A stretch of DNA of 64,000 bases from an uncultured Chloroflexia bacterium (GCA_963807035.1 CAWEAL010000003.1:96869-160868); one strand, 5' to 3'. Numbered from the stretch's first letter, positions 9,484 to 19,834 are shown. Program-made: numbers and translations. The notes: a model not told the origin generated them from the letters alone.

Positions 9484-11208
9484 GGTTGCCTGCGCTGACA
9501 ATTCGCCGAGGGAGGTCGGTCGCTGCGCCGGTAGCAGGAGCGAGAAGACCAGGCCGAGGAGAACGAACGCCGCCGCGACGAATCCGGCCAGCCGGGTCGC
9601 GTCGACGAAGGCAGCCTCGATCGGTTCGACGGTCTGCGGCAGGGCCGCGATGAACGCCGGGTCGCGGAAGCAGCTCGCCTGATCGGCCGGGAGTGACGCG
9701 CTCCCGAAGCCGACGGCCGTGGCCTGGGTTGGATCGCGCAGCGCCGTAAGGACCTGGCCGGCCGAATCGTCGACGAGGTTGGAGACCAGGGCGATGCACG
9801 TGGGCGAGACTCCGGGCAGAGCTGTGGCCAGGTTGCTCGAGCTGCCGGACACGAGGGTCGAGAACAGGACGGTGCCGAGCACCGCAATCCCGAGGGCCGA
9901 TCCGACCTGGCGCAGGGTCGAGTTCGCCCCCGAGGCGATACCCGACCGCTCGACCGGGACATCCGAGAGGACGATGCTGGTGAGCTGAGCGGTCGCGAAG
10001 CCGACCCCGATGCCGTAGACGAAGAGTGGCACCGCCAGCATCAGGCCGCTGACCGTCGTCGAGATCAGGAGGGTGGTCGCGATGATCCCGATCGCCTCGA
10101 GGCCCATTCCCAGGCTGACGACCCAGCGCGGACCGTAGCGCCGCGCGAACGTGGCCGCCCCGGGGGCCGCGAAGAACGCGCCGACCGCCAGGGCAAGGAA
10201 GACGAGGCCGGTCTCAAACGCCGAGTAGCCGATGACGGCCTGCAGGAAGAGCGGCAGCGCAAATAGGAGGCCGAACTCGCCCAGGGACACGATCGTGCCG
10301 GCCAGGTTGCCGAAGCGGAAGCCCCGGTAGCGCCACAGCGTGAAGTCGAACAGGAAGAACTTCCCGGCGCTGCGCCGGCGCGTCTCGACCACGGCGAACC
10401 CGACGAGGGCGGCCAGGCCGCCGACAAGGGCGAACGGGATGACCGAGACGCTCGGGAACGGCCAGCTCGCGCCGAGTACGCCGAACACACTCCGGGGGTT
10501 CGGTGCCCACCAGCCGTAGTTGCGGCCCTCGATCAGGCCGAACACGAACGCCCCGAGCCCGATGGTGATCAGCAGGAATCCGGGCAGGTCGAAGCCGGGC
10601 CGGGCGTGCTCGTCGCGCGACTCGCCGATATAGTGGAGGGTGCCCGCGATCGCCAGCAAGCCCACCGGCAGGTTGATGAAGAACGCCCAGCGCCACGAGA
10701 CGTAGGTCGTCAGGAACCCACCCAGGAGTGGGCCGACAGCCGCGAATCCGCCGATCACCGAACCCCAGATCCCGAACGCGATCGCTCGGTCGCGACCCTG
10801 GAAGCTCGCGTTGAGGATGGCCTGGGTCGACGGCAGGATCATCGCCCCGCCGACGCCCTGGAGGACGCGCGCCAGGATCAGCAGGTCGCCGGCCGGGGCG
10901 AGCCCGGCGAGGGCCGATGCGACGATGAACAGGCCGAGGCCGCCGACGTACATCCGCCTCCGGCCGAACACGTCGCCCAGGCGGCCAACGGTGATCAGCA
11001 GGGCGGCGAAGACGAGAGCGTAGGTCGTGTTGATCCACTCGGCCTGGGTCGAGTCGAGCTTCAGCTCCCGGATGATCGACGGGACGGCCACGTTCACGAT
11101 CGTGGCGTCGACGATGATCATCGCGACGCCCACGCTCAGCATCGCCAGGCCGATCCAGCGGCCGCGTCCGGCGGCCTCCATCGCGGCGCCGTTCCGACGG
11201 TCGCTCAT
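9466..11208 (-). CDS. MFS transporter, DHA2 (EmrB/QacA-like, 14-TMS) drug:H+ antiporter family
   Basis: About 580 aa from MSDRRNG. Motifs LGDVFGRRRMYVGGLGLF and GVGGAMILPST, with about 14 hydrophobic helices. Confidence 0.85.
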   Translation of the reverse strand: MSDRRNGAAMEAAGRGRWIGLAMLSVGVAMIIVDATIVNVAVPSIIRELKLDSTQAEWINTTYALVFAALLITVGRLGDVFGRRRMYVGGLGLFIVASALAGLAPAGDLLILARVLQGVGGAMILPSTQAILNASFQGRDRAIAFGIWGSVIGGFAAVGPLLGGFLTTYVSWRWAFFINLPVGLLAIAGTLHYIGESRDEHARPGFDLPGFLLITIGLGAFVFGLIEGRNYGWWAPNPRSVFGVLGASWPFPSVSVIPFALVGGLAALVGFAVVETRRRSAGKFFLFDFTLWRYRGFRFGNLAGTIVSLGEFGLLFALPLFLQAVIGYSAFETGLVFLALAVGAFFAAPGAATFARRYGPRWVVSLGMGLEAIGIIATTLLISTTVSGLMLAVPLFVYGIGVGFATAQLTSIVLSDVPVERSGIASGANSTLRQVGSALGIAVLGTVLFSTLVSGSSSNLATALPGVSPTCIALVSNLVDDSAGQVLTALRDPTQATAVGFGSASLPADQASCFRDPAFIAALPQTVEPIEAAFVDATRLAGFVAAAFVLLGLVFSLLLPAQRPTSLGELSAQATSPGPA

Positions 11209-12456
11209 GCGAGGCCCCGGCGCTTCTCGAACACGATCTGGAGGTCCTGGCTGATCCCCGTCGCGAAGCCGGCCTCGCTCAGAGCCAGGTAGTACTCCCA
11301 CATCCGGACGAAGCGCTCGTCGAAGCCCAGGCCCCTGACGGCCGCGCGGTTGGCCATGAACCGGGTCCGCCAGGCGCGCAGGGTCCGGGCGTAGTCCGGG
11401 CCGATGTCGGTGACGCCCGGATGAGCAGGCGCGTGTTGCGGCTGGCCCGCTCGATCACGGCGAGCGACGGGCACAGGCCGCCCGGAAAGATGTACGTCTG
11501 GATCCAGTTCGCGCCCCGGAGCTGCGCCTCGTAGGCGGCATCGGGGAAGGTGATTGACTGGAGGCTCAGCCTGCCGCCCGGCAGGAGGGCCCGGTCACAC
11601 GCCTCGAAGAAGGCCCCGAAGTACTCGGCCCCGACCGCCTCGATCATCTCGATCGAGACGATCGCGTCGTAGCGGCCGCTGACCTCGCGGTAGTCGCGCA
11701 GCTGGATATCGACGCGGTCCTCGAGGCCGGCGGCCCGGATCCGATCGCGGGCCAGGGCGTGCTGCTCCTTCGAGATCGTGATCGAGGTGACCCGGCAGCC
11801 GAGCTCGCCGGCGGCATACAGGGCGAAGCCGCCCCAGCCCGTTCCGATCTCGAGGACGTGCCGGCCGGCTCCCGGCCGTCGGTCAAGCCGGCGCCCTCGG
11901 CGATCAGGCGGTACTTGTTGCGCTGGGCGTCAGCCAGCGATTGGTCGGGTGAGGCGAAGACGGCGCTGGAGTAGGTCATGGTCTCGTCCAGGAACAGCCG
12001 GTAGAGGTCGTTGCCCAGGTCATAGTGGGCGGCGATGTTGCGGCGGCTCTGGCGTGGCGTGTTGCGCCGCAGGCGGTGGGCGATCGTCCGGCGCAGCTGG
12101 AGCGGGACGCGCCACCAGCCCGAAGAAAGCGCCAGGGCTTCGCGGTTCAGGGCGGCGACCCGGATCAGGGTCACGAGGTCGGGGCTCGACCAGAGGCCCT
12201 CCATGTACGCCTCGCCGGCGCCCGTTTCGCCGCCGACGAGCATCCGTACCAGCGCGCGATCGTCGTGGAACCGGATCTCGGCCTGCTCGCTGGCGGCACG
12301 ATCGCCGAAAGCATGGCGGTTGCCGTCGGGGAGGACGACGGCCAGACTGCCGACGCGCAGGCGCCCGAGGGCCGTCCGGCCGATCCGCCAGGCGATCCCC
12401 GCCAGGGCCGCGTCGGTGAGTGCGGGGGCTCGCCCCACGGCGATTTGCGTTCTCAT
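11205..12456 (-). pseudogene. cyclopropane-fatty-acyl-phospholipid-synthase-like SAM methyltransferase (UfaM-like), interrupted by at least 2 frameshifts
   Basis: Three consecutive ORFs (11644..12501, 11279..11647, 11205..11474) together recover a full CFA-synthase-like sequence (..YDLGNDLYRLFLDETMTYSSA.., ..IEAVGAEYFGAFF..LLPGGRLSLQSIT.., ..DIGPDYARTLRAWR..MWEYYLALSEAGF..). Frame changes occur near 11877 and near 11425. The ATG overlaps the upstream DUF1365 stop (ATGA). Confidence 0.7.
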
Positions 12457-13195
12457 CGTGCTGGCGCTCCATGTCGGTGGAACTGGGCTCCCCGCCGCCA
12501 CAGACGGAGGGCGTGCCAGTGGATCAGCCCGATCGTCCGCTGGGTCACGAACGGGTGGCGGACGAGCATCAGGGCGATCGATCGATCGGTCAGGGGCCGC
12601 CGAAAGAGGTCGACGCTGGCATGGAGCAGGAGGTCGTCGTCCTGGTCCTCGTTGATCGTGATCCGCAGGCGGTCCGCCTCGTCCCGGACGCGAACCGTGT
12701 ACCGCCCGGTCATCTCGATGAACGGCGAGACGTAGAAATCCTTGTCAATCGAGGCCACGAACCCAGCCCGATCGGCCGTCCGTCGGAGGGTGTAGAGGTG
12801 CCGCTCGCCGTGGGTGTTGTGGACCTCGATGATCACGACCTCGAGCGTCCCGGAGCGGTCGCGGCACAGGTAGAAGCTGGCTGGATTGAAGACGTAGCCG
12901 AAGACTCGCGGATTCGTGATGAGGGTGAGCCGCCAGCCGTCGGGATCGAGGCCCTGCTCGCGAAGGTGCTCGTGAACAGCCGCCCGGAGATCGGACGCGG
13001 GCGGATCGAGATGATCGCCGTCCCGGAACGACAGGAGATTCCGGCGGTTGCGGCCGAGCAACCGGAGCGCCCGTGGCAGAGCCTCGAGCTCGTCGAGGTC
13101 CAGCGCGAGGTAGAAGACGTCGTGCTCCAGGGTGTACACGAACGGCCGGGCCCGCCGATGGTGGACCGTCCCTTCCAGCAGGTGCGACTTCATGC
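12453..13195 (-). CDS. DUF1365 family protein (UfaO-like)
   Basis: Starts at [18 protein letters not shown] (DUF1365 signature) and overlaps the upstream stop by ATGA. This is the conserved partner of CFA-like methylases and amine-oxidase-like desaturases. Confidence 0.8.
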
Positions 13196-14461
13196 CGCGC
13201 GCTCCTCGGCCTCTTCCGAGAACAGGTCCGCGACCGCGAGTCCGGATCGGCAGCCGTCCTCGTGGAAGCCGTAACCGAGGTGGGCGCCGGCGTAGTAGGT
13301 CCGGTTGCGGCCCTGCAGATCGGCCACCTGACGCTGGGCGTCGAGGGTTTGGAACGTATAGAGCGGATGGCTGAAGGCACGCTCGACCAGCCGACGACCC
13401 GACGCCACCCGGTCGCCCGGGTTGACCGAGACGAAGTACTGGACCGGACCCGGAAGCGACTGCAGCCGGTTCATGTGATAGGTCATCGTGAGCGCTTCGG
13501 CCGGCCGCTGGCAATCGGCCTGGTCGACGTTCCATGACGCCCAGGCTGCCGACCGCCCGGGCATGATCGTCGGGTCGGTGTGCAGGACGACCTGGTTCGT
13601 CGAATACTCGAAGGCGCCCAGGACCGTTCGCTCCCGCTCGTCGGCATCGCCCAGGACGCCGAGTGCGGCGTCGGCGTGGCTGGCCAGGACCACCGCGTCA
13701 AAGCGCTCGACCCGGCCGGCCTGGGTTCGGATCATGACCCCGAGGTCGTCGCGGAGCACGGTCGTCACCGGGTCGCCGGACAGGACGGCGTCCTCCGGGA
13801 GCGCTGCGACGATCCGCTTGACGTATTCCATCGACCCGCCCCGAATCGTCCGCCACTGGAGGGCGTTGCCGATCCCGATCAGGCCGTGGTTGTCGAGGAA
13901 GCGGAGCAGGTAGTCGATCGGGAAGTCGAGGATCCGGTCGGGTGCCGTGGACCACACAGCCGCGGTGATCGGGACGAGGAAGTGGTTGCGGAAGGCCCGA
14001 CCGAAGCCCTGCTGATCGAGGTAATCGCCCAGCGTCGCGCGCGACGGAGCCGCCTGGTCGAGCCGCTGCCGGGCGTCCCGGTAGAACCGGGCGATGTCGG
14101 CGATCATCCGCCAGTGGCCGGGCCGCCCAAGCGCTTCCGGCCGGGCGAACCAACCCCGAAGGCCCCGCGAGCTGAACTCGGCTCGGCAGGCGCGGCAGCT
14201 CGAACCGAGCGACATGTCGCCCGGCTGGGTCTCGACGCCGAGCTCGGCCAGCAGGGCACTGAAGCGCGGGTAGGTCGTCTCGTTGTAGACGATGAAGCCG
14301 GTGTCCACGGCGACCGGCCCGGACACCGCGTCGAGGTTCACCGTCTTCACGTGCCCACCCGGGACCGGATCGGCCTCGAACAGCCGGAGCTCGTGGTCGC
14401 GGCGCATCGCGTAGGCTGCCGACAGGCCGCTGACTCCGGCACCGACGATCGCGACCTTCAT
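13190..14461 (-). CDS. FAD/NAD(P)-binding amine-oxidase-like oxidoreductase (UfaD-like desaturase family)
   Basis: 423 aa. [19 protein letters not shown] is a Rossmann GxGxxG motif. It is typical of the amine-oxidase-family member of this cluster. Confidence 0.85.
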   Translation of the reverse strand: MKVAIVGAGVSGLSAAYAMRRDHELRLFEADPVPGGHVKTVNLDAVSGPVAVDTGFIVYNETTYPRFSALLAELGVETQPGDMSLGSSCRACRAEFSSRGLRGWFARPEALGRPGHWRMIADIARFYRDARQRLDQAAPSRATLGDYLDQQGFGRAFRNHFLVPITAAVWSTAPDRILDFPIDYLLRFLDNHGLIGIGNALQWRTIRGGSMEYVKRIVAALPEDAVLSGDPVTTVLRDDLGVMIRTQAGRVERFDAVVLASHADAALGVLGDADERERTVLGAFEYSTNQVVLHTDPTIMPGRSAAWASWNVDQADCQRPAEALTMTYHMNRLQSLPGPVQYFVSVNPGDRVASGRRLVERAFSHPLYTFQTLDAQRQVADLQGRNRTYYAGAHLGYGFHEDGCRSGLAVADLFSEEAEERAA

Positions 14462-15039
14462 GGCCGGTCCGTCCCCGGCTCGCCGGCTGCGTCGGCCGTG
14501 GCTGCGTCGGCCGTGGCTGCGTCGGCCGTGGCTGCCTCGGTCGGGGCTGCCTCAGGCGCGGCTGCCTCGGCCGCGGGTGCTCCGGCGCAGCGTCCGTCGG
14601 CTGCGGCTCGGGCGTCGAGCGTCCGCTGCATCCCCTCGATCGCGTCGCGGCCAATTCGGGCGAACTGGCGGCCCAGGAACGGCTGCACGAGGCGGAGGCC
14701 GCCGCCCAGCCGGATGTCGGCGCAGTAGTCGATCCGGGTTCCGGTCCCGGCCGGTTCGAAGCGAATCTCGTCGACCGCCGAAACTCCCGAGCCGGACCCG
14801 ACCAGGACGACTCGGTGGGGCGGTTCGAAGACCGAGACCCGGTACTCCATGGGGGCGACCCGGCCGCCGAACCGGATGCCCAGCCGATAGCCCGCCCCGA
14901 CGCCGAGCGGCCCGGCGTCGATCCGCTCTGAACTCGCCACGCCGGGGTCCCAGTGCATCGAGTTCGCGAAGTCCGCGACATAGGCGAATGCCGTCTCGGG
15001 ATCGAGCGGGGTTTGGATCTGCCGGTTGAGTCTGGTCAC
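14458..15039 (-). CDS. SRPBCC (polyketide cyclase/dehydrase-like) lipid-binding protein with a C-terminal (TADAA)n tail
   Basis: 193 aa. [12 protein letters not shown] resembles the SRPBCC/DUF fold. The C-terminus is encoded by an 18-bp x3 tandem repeat. Confidence 0.65.
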   Translation of the reverse strand: MTRLNRQIQTPLDPETAFAYVADFANSMHWDPGVASSERIDAGPLGVGAGYRLGIRFGGRVAPMEYRVSVFEPPHRVVLVGSGSGVSAVDEIRFEPAGTGTRIDYCADIRLGGGLRLVQPFLGRQFARIGRDAIEGMQRTLDARAAADGRCAGAPAAEAAAPEAAPTEAATADAATADAATADAAGEPGTDRP

Positions 15040-15056
15040 GGGTTGCTCCGATCGGG

Positions 15057-16131
15057 GTGATACTCGAACCGGCGACGAGCCGGCCCAGGCGGCCGGACCG
15101 ACTCGCTCGCACGCGGTTCGGTGAGGGCTTGTTGAACGTCAGGACGCTGCTCGACGACGCTCTCGAGGTGTCGGTGATCGGCAGCTTTTCGCGGGTCGGC
15201 ATCGAGGCGCGTCGCCGGCTCTTCGGCTGGGGCGACGGTCGGGAATGGACGCTTGACGGACGGACGGTGCTGGTCACCGGTCCCACCTCGGGTCTCGGCC
15301 GGGCCGCGACCGAGGCCCTCGCCGCGCTCGGGGCGCGCGTGATCCTCGTCGGACGGAGCGCGGAGCGGCTGGCGACCGTGCGCGAGGCGCTGATCGCTGC
15401 CCACCGGGTCGACCGCTTCCCGGCCGTCGTGGCGGACATGGGCTCGCTCGCCTCCGTCCGCGCGGCAGTGGTCCGGATCCTGGAGACCGAGTCGCGGCTC
15501 GATATCCTCGTCGACAATGCGGGCGCGATCTACCGGGAGCGGACGGTCGGACCGGACGGGATCGAGGCGACGTTCGCGACGCTCGTCGTCGGGCCATTCG
15601 CCCTGGAGGCCGGTCTCCTGCCGTTGCTCGAGCGGACGCCCGGCTCTCGTTTGATCGCGGTGACCTCGGGCGGCCAGTACAGCCAGCGGCTCGACCTGGG
15701 CGATCTCCAGGGGACGGCCAAGCCGTTCTCCGGCCCGCGCGCCTACGCCCGGGCGAAGCGTGCCCAGGTCGCGCTCGTCCGGGAATGGGCGCGCCGTCTG
15801 GCGCCCCGTCCGGTCACGATCAACGCGATGCATCCGGGCTGGGCCGACACGCCCGGGCTGGCCGAGGCGCTGCCCGGCTTCCGACGCCTGATGCGCCCGG
15901 TGCTGCGCAGTCCGTCCGAGGGCGTCGACACGATCGTGTGGCTGGCGGCCGACCCGGATGCCGACCTTCGGAGCGGGGCGCTCTACCTCGATCGCCGGCC
16001 GCGCCCGTTCGACCGGGTTCCGGCGACGCGCCTTTCGGCCGCCGACCGGCGCCGGCTGTGGGACGAGGTCGTCGTCCTGTCCGGAGGTCCCGACCCAGAT
16101 TCCGGAGGGCTGACTTTCCAGGGGCGCGGGA
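15057..16131 (+). CDS. SDR family oxidoreductase (end uncertain; the ORF reads through in-frame into the next gene)
   Basis: TVLVTGPTSGLGRA is the TGxxxGxG Rossmann motif, and YARAKRAQ is the YxxxK catalytic motif. The ORF has no stop for 703 aa. Homology ends around 16100, and the remaining 16100..16250 translates as nonsense. The likely real stop was lost by an indel (alternative-frame TGAs at 16129 and 16148). Confidence 0.7.
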
Positions 16132-16217
16132 GCTGCCCGCGACGCGTTGATCCAGGTCCATTCGTTGTCCACCCTTTGTTTAGTGTCTGGGCGGACAATA
16201 CGCCTGGTGTTCAGGCC

Positions 16218-16246
16218 TTGTCAATGGTGCGGGCCTGCGATATTGT
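16218..16246 (+). promoter_or_regulatory. sigma70-like promoter (TTGTCA-17nt-TATTGT) for the MerR/B12 regulator, predicting a leaderless mRNA
   Basis: Only AT-rich patch in the region. The -10 element ends 7 nt before the ATG at 16254. Confidence 0.3.
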
Positions 16247-16253
16247 GCAAACC

Positions 16254-17168
16254 ATGTACACGATCAAGCAGGCCGCCGCCCGCACCGGCCTGAGCGTTCC
16301 GCTCATCCGGGTCTGGGAGCGTCGCTATGCGGTCGTGTCGCCGGAGCGGACTCCGGCCGGCTATCGGCTCTACGACGAGGCGGCGATCGCGCGGCTGGCG
16401 GCGATGCACCATCTGGTCACCGACGAAGGCTGGCAACCGCGCCAGGCGGCGCAGCGGGTGCTCGAGGCGGGGACCGATCTCGCAGCTCTCGGCGCGAGAT
16501 CGGCTGGGCCGGCGCCCGGTCCGCGCGTGCCAGGCGATGCCGGCCGACAGGTCGCCGTCCTCGCCGAGGCGTTCGTCGCAGCGGCCGGCCGGCTCGACGT
16601 GCCGGCGATGGAGCGGATCCTCGACGAGGGCTTCGCCGCCCAGCGCTTCGAGCTGGCCTTCGAGGGCGTCGTCTCGCCGGCTCTCGAGGCGATCGGCAGC
16701 GCCTGGGCCAGGGGCGAGATCGATGTCGGCGCCGAGCATGCCGCTAGCGAGACGATCCGACGCCGCCTGGCCCGCTTCTTCGACGCAACCGGCAGCGGCG
16801 ACCGGCCGCCTCGGGTGATCGTCGGCCTGCCACCGGGCTGCCAGCACGAGATCGGGGCGTTTGCGTTCGCGATCGCCGGCCGGCGGGCCGGCCTCGACGT
16901 GCTCTACCTTGGCGCGGACGTACCGGTCGAGAGCTGGCTGCGGACCGCCCGGGAGACCGCGGCCCCCATCGTCGTGGTTGGCGTCGTCATGCCGGCCGAT
17001 GTCGAGGCGAAGGACGACGTGGTCGCCGCCCTGGGGAGCATGGCCACGCCACCGATCTGCCTCGTCGGCGGCCCGCTCGCGCTTAAATCGCCGGTTTCGC
17101 CCGGCAGTATCCGACTACCTCGGTCTCTCGACGACGGGGTGGCCGCGATCCTCGGTCGCCTGCGGTAG
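16254..17168 (+). CDS. MerR-family transcriptional regulator with a C-terminal cobalamin (B12)-binding domain (CarH/LitR-type light-sensing repressor)
   Basis: The N-terminus MYTIKQAAARTGLSVPLIRVWERRY..YRLYDEAAIARL is a MerR HTH. The C-terminus RVIVGLPPGCQHEIGAFAFAIAGRRAGLDVLYLGADVP is a B12-binding Rossmann domain with a DxHxxG-like motif. Confidence 0.8.
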   Translation: MYTIKQAAARTGLSVPLIRVWERRYAVVSPERTPAGYRLYDEAAIARLAAMHHLVTDEGWQPRQAAQRVLEAGTDLAALGARSAGPAPGPRVPGDAGRQVAVLAEAFVAAAGRLDVPAMERILDEGFAAQRFELAFEGVVSPALEAIGSAWARGEIDVGAEHAASETIRRRLARFFDATGSGDRPPRVIVGLPPGCQHEIGAFAFAIAGRRAGLDVLYLGADVPVESWLRTARETAAPIVVVGVVMPADVEAKDDVVAALGSMATPPICLVGGPLALKSPVSPGSIRLPRSLDDGVAAILGRLR

Positions 17169-17321
17169 GCCGCCAAGTTGTGGTGCGTCCGGGCACCAGC
17201 GGGCATTGCCGGCGTGGCCGGGGATCGTGCGCTCCCGGGTGTGTCGCGGCATCATTGACGCGGTCGTTCCCCGCGTCACCGCACGTGCCGCTCCGGCGGC
17301 CGCCTGCCGTCGGCGCGATGG

Positions 17322-18494
17322 GTGGAATCCCCGCAGTCAGGAGGCTTGGACGTGCCATTCCGGAGACAATTCCTGGAGACTGCTGTCGGCCTGGGACTGG
17401 TCGGATCGTTGCTCCTGCCCGGAGCTGCAGCGGCGCACAGCGGGGGCGGTCGGGCGGCCAATTCCCTTGGCGTTCAGCACATCTTCGTGATCATGCTCGA
17501 GAACCACAGTCAGTCGACCGTGATCGGCGATCCGTACGCTCCCTACATCACTTCGCTCGCCCACACCTATGGCGAGGCGACGAACTACTACGGCGTCACC
17601 CACCCGAGCGAGCCGAACTACGTCGCGGCGATCACGGGCCAGGTCGACCCCTCGATCATGGACGACAACCCGGCCAACACCTACAGCTGGCCCAACCTCG
17701 TCGACCAGCTCGAGGCGCACCACCTGAGCTGGGGCGCCTACATGGAGGCGATGCCGTCGGCCGGCTACACCGGCCAGTTCTGGCCGTCATCGAGCAATGC
17801 GCTCTACGCCAACAAGCACAACCCATTCGTCCTGATGACGGACGTCCTGTCGAGCCCGGAGCGGCTGAGCAAGATCAAGCCGTACACGAGTCTGGCGGCC
17901 GACCTGAACAGCAAGAACGCGCCGGACTTCGTGTGGATCACGCCGGACCAGTGCAACGACATGCACGGCGGCGTCTATGGCACGGTGGCGGGTCATCCCG
18001 AGACGCCCTGCCCCTATAACACGACCGTCGATGACCCGGCCGATCAGGCGCTCAAGACGAATGCCGACGCCTTCGTCAAGCAGGCGGTCACGACGATCAT
18101 GACCTCAAAGGCGTGGACCGCCAATAGTGTCATCTTCATCCAGACCGACGAGGCCGACTACAGCGGCAACCTGGCCAACGACGGCTGGGTCGACGTGAGC
18201 GGCTGCTGCGACTCGCCCGGCTACGGGCACACCCCGGCCCTCCCGGCCGGTTACCAGTTCCTCGGTTCGGCGGGCACCCCGGACGGCAACACCTGGGCCG
18301 GCGGCCCGTTCGGTGGCGGGCTGGTCCCGGCGGTCGTGATCGCCAGGCGCGGGCCCGGAAGCCGGGTCGACCCGACCCCGTACAACCACTACTCCCTGCT
18401 TCGGACGATCGAGCAGGTATGGCACCTGGGCTATCTCGGCAACGCCGCGGACGCGTCCCAGGTCCACTCGATGTGGAACCTGATCCGGCCATAG
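17322..18494 (+). CDS. Tat-secreted phosphoesterase family protein (phospholipase C / acid phosphatase AcpA family)
   Basis: Twin-arginine motif FRRQFLETAVGLGLVGS. HIFVIMLENHS and PSEPNYVAAITGQ are phosphoesterase family signatures. Confidence 0.8.
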   Translation: MESPQSGGLDVPFRRQFLETAVGLGLVGSLLLPGAAAAHSGGGRAANSLGVQHIFVIMLENHSQSTVIGDPYAPYITSLAHTYGEATNYYGVTHPSEPNYVAAITGQVDPSIMDDNPANTYSWPNLVDQLEAHHLSWGAYMEAMPSAGYTGQFWPSSSNALYANKHNPFVLMTDVLSSPERLSKIKPYTSLAADLNSKNAPDFVWITPDQCNDMHGGVYGTVAGHPETPCPYNTTVDDPADQALKTNADAFVKQAVTTIMTSKAWTANSVIFIQTDEADYSGNLANDGWVDVSGCCDSPGYGHTPALPAGYQFLGSAGTPDGNTWAGGPFGGGLVPAVVIARRGPGSRVDPTPYNHYSLLRTIEQVWHLGYLGNAADASQVHSMWNLIRP

Positions 18495-18516
18495 ACCGAT
18501 CCATCCACTCATGAAC

Positions 18517-18550
18517 GAGAGGCCCCGCCCGGTCACCGACGGGGCCTCTC
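18517..18550. terminator. GC-rich hairpin between convergent genes (bidirectional terminator candidate)
   Basis: The stem gagaggccccg...ggggcctctc with a 13-nt loop is seen in the sequence. Confidence 0.4.
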
Positions 18551-18568
18551 CCTTGCCCGCGCTCGCGC

Positions 18569-19351
18569 CTAGCCGGCCGGTGGTCGGCCGGAGGCGGTTG
18601 GGTCAGTCCGCGCGGCGGAAGGCATGGGCGGGGTCGGGAACATCGGCTGGACCCCGGCCTGGGCCCGGGCAATGAATGCCTGGGCATAGCGTTGCTGAAG
18701 GGCGATCGCGACCGCGAACGCCAGCGCCCCGACTCCGACGCTCACCCCGGTGACCTGGCCAAGGCGAAGGCCGACCAGTGCTGCGATCGCCCCGGCGATG
18801 ACTGAATTCAGGGTGATGACCACCGAGGGCGTGGCCGCGATCAGGTGGAGCCCGGACCGAGTGCCGGGGGCCACGCCCATCGTGATCGCGACGCCGCGCT
18901 GGTCGTCGTTGGCGCTCGTGACGAAGTAGCGCTCGAGGTCGGGCGCCATCTCCACGTAGGCCGCCCGGATCCGGTTCATCCCGACGACGCACATCGCGTC
19001 GAGGTAGTTCGAGGCCGCCAGCCGGACGAAGGTCGCCACGCCCACGAACAGGACGACCGGCATGATGACCAGGGCAAAGATGGCAAAGCCCTCACCGAAG
19101 TTCGATGCCTGGGCGACGAGGGCGAGTGCGACCATCGCCCCCGACAGGGTGGACAGGAACATCCCGGCCCGGCTGAATGTCTCGTTCCAGGCGAGCGACC
19201 TGGTCGCGAGCAGGCTCCAGTGCTCGGTCGAGAGGATCTGGAGGCGCATCTGCGGGGGGACTCCGTCGTTGCCGGCCGGTTCCGCGCGGCCCGGAACGAT
19301 CGGGACTTCGGCACCCAGCCCGGTGCCGGCCGTGGCACGTTCGATCGACAT
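18569..19351 (-). CDS. hypothetical integral membrane protein (about 4 TM)
   Basis: 260-aa ORF with several hydrophobic helices. No strong overlapping ORF. Confidence 0.45.
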   Translation of the reverse strand: MSIERATAGTGLGAEVPIVPGRAEPAGNDGVPPQMRLQILSTEHWSLLATRSLAWNETFSRAGMFLSTLSGAMVALALVAQASNFGEGFAIFALVIMPVVLFVGVATFVRLAASNYLDAMCVVGMNRIRAAYVEMAPDLERYFVTSANDDQRGVAITMGVAPGTRSGLHLIAATPSVVITLNSVIAGAIAALVGLRLGQVTGVSVGVGALAFAVAIALQQRYAQAFIARAQAGVQPMFPTPPMPSAARTDPTASGRPPAG

Positions 19352-19357
19352 CGGAGA

Positions 19358-19834
19358 TCAACCGCCCTGGGACCCGGCCGGCCCCGAGGCGCCCCCCGGG
19401 GGCGGGCCGGGAGGTGCGATCACTCCGAGCTGGAGCATCGTCTCGAGGTCGTCGCGGACGGCCCAATGCTCGACGAGTCGTTCGTGCTCGACCCGGAACC
19501 AGTGGCTCTGCTCGGCCGTGAAGCGGCGGCCGGTCGGCGGCATCACTCCGTTCAATGGGCCTAGGTTCGAGCCCTCGGTGCGGATCCGAAGCGCGACGGT
19601 GTCGCCCTCGGCGACCAGGGCCACGATCGTCATCCGGAGGTCTGGGAACTGGGCCCGCAGCCACTCGGCCGTCTCACGAAGGTGGCGCGGCCCGTTGACT
19701 GCGCCCGGGGTCGTCCGCCCGAACGGGGCAACGGCGTGCTCGATGTAGGCCTCGCCGGCGATCGCGGCACAGGCGTCGAAGTCGCCCCGGTTGAAGATCT
19801 CGACCCAGCGGCGGGCCAGCTCCTTGTGGCTCAC
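19358..19834 (-). CDS. SnoaL-like / predicted ester cyclase family protein
   Basis: GTG start preceded by GGAGAA. SHKELARRWVEIFNRGDFDA...EHWAVRDDLETMLQLGVI is typical of the SnoaL_2/ester cyclase fold. The upstream 388 aa of the 547-aa ORF is antisense to the MerR-ArsC gene and is discarded. Confidence 0.65.
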   Translation of the reverse strand: MSHKELARRWVEIFNRGDFDACAAIAGEAYIEHAVAPFGRTTPGAVNGPRHLRETAEWLRAQFPDLRMTIVALVAEGDTVALRIRTEGSNLGPLNGVMPPTGRRFTAEQSHWFRVEHERLVEHWAVRDDLETMLQLGVIAPPGPPPGGASGPAGSQGG

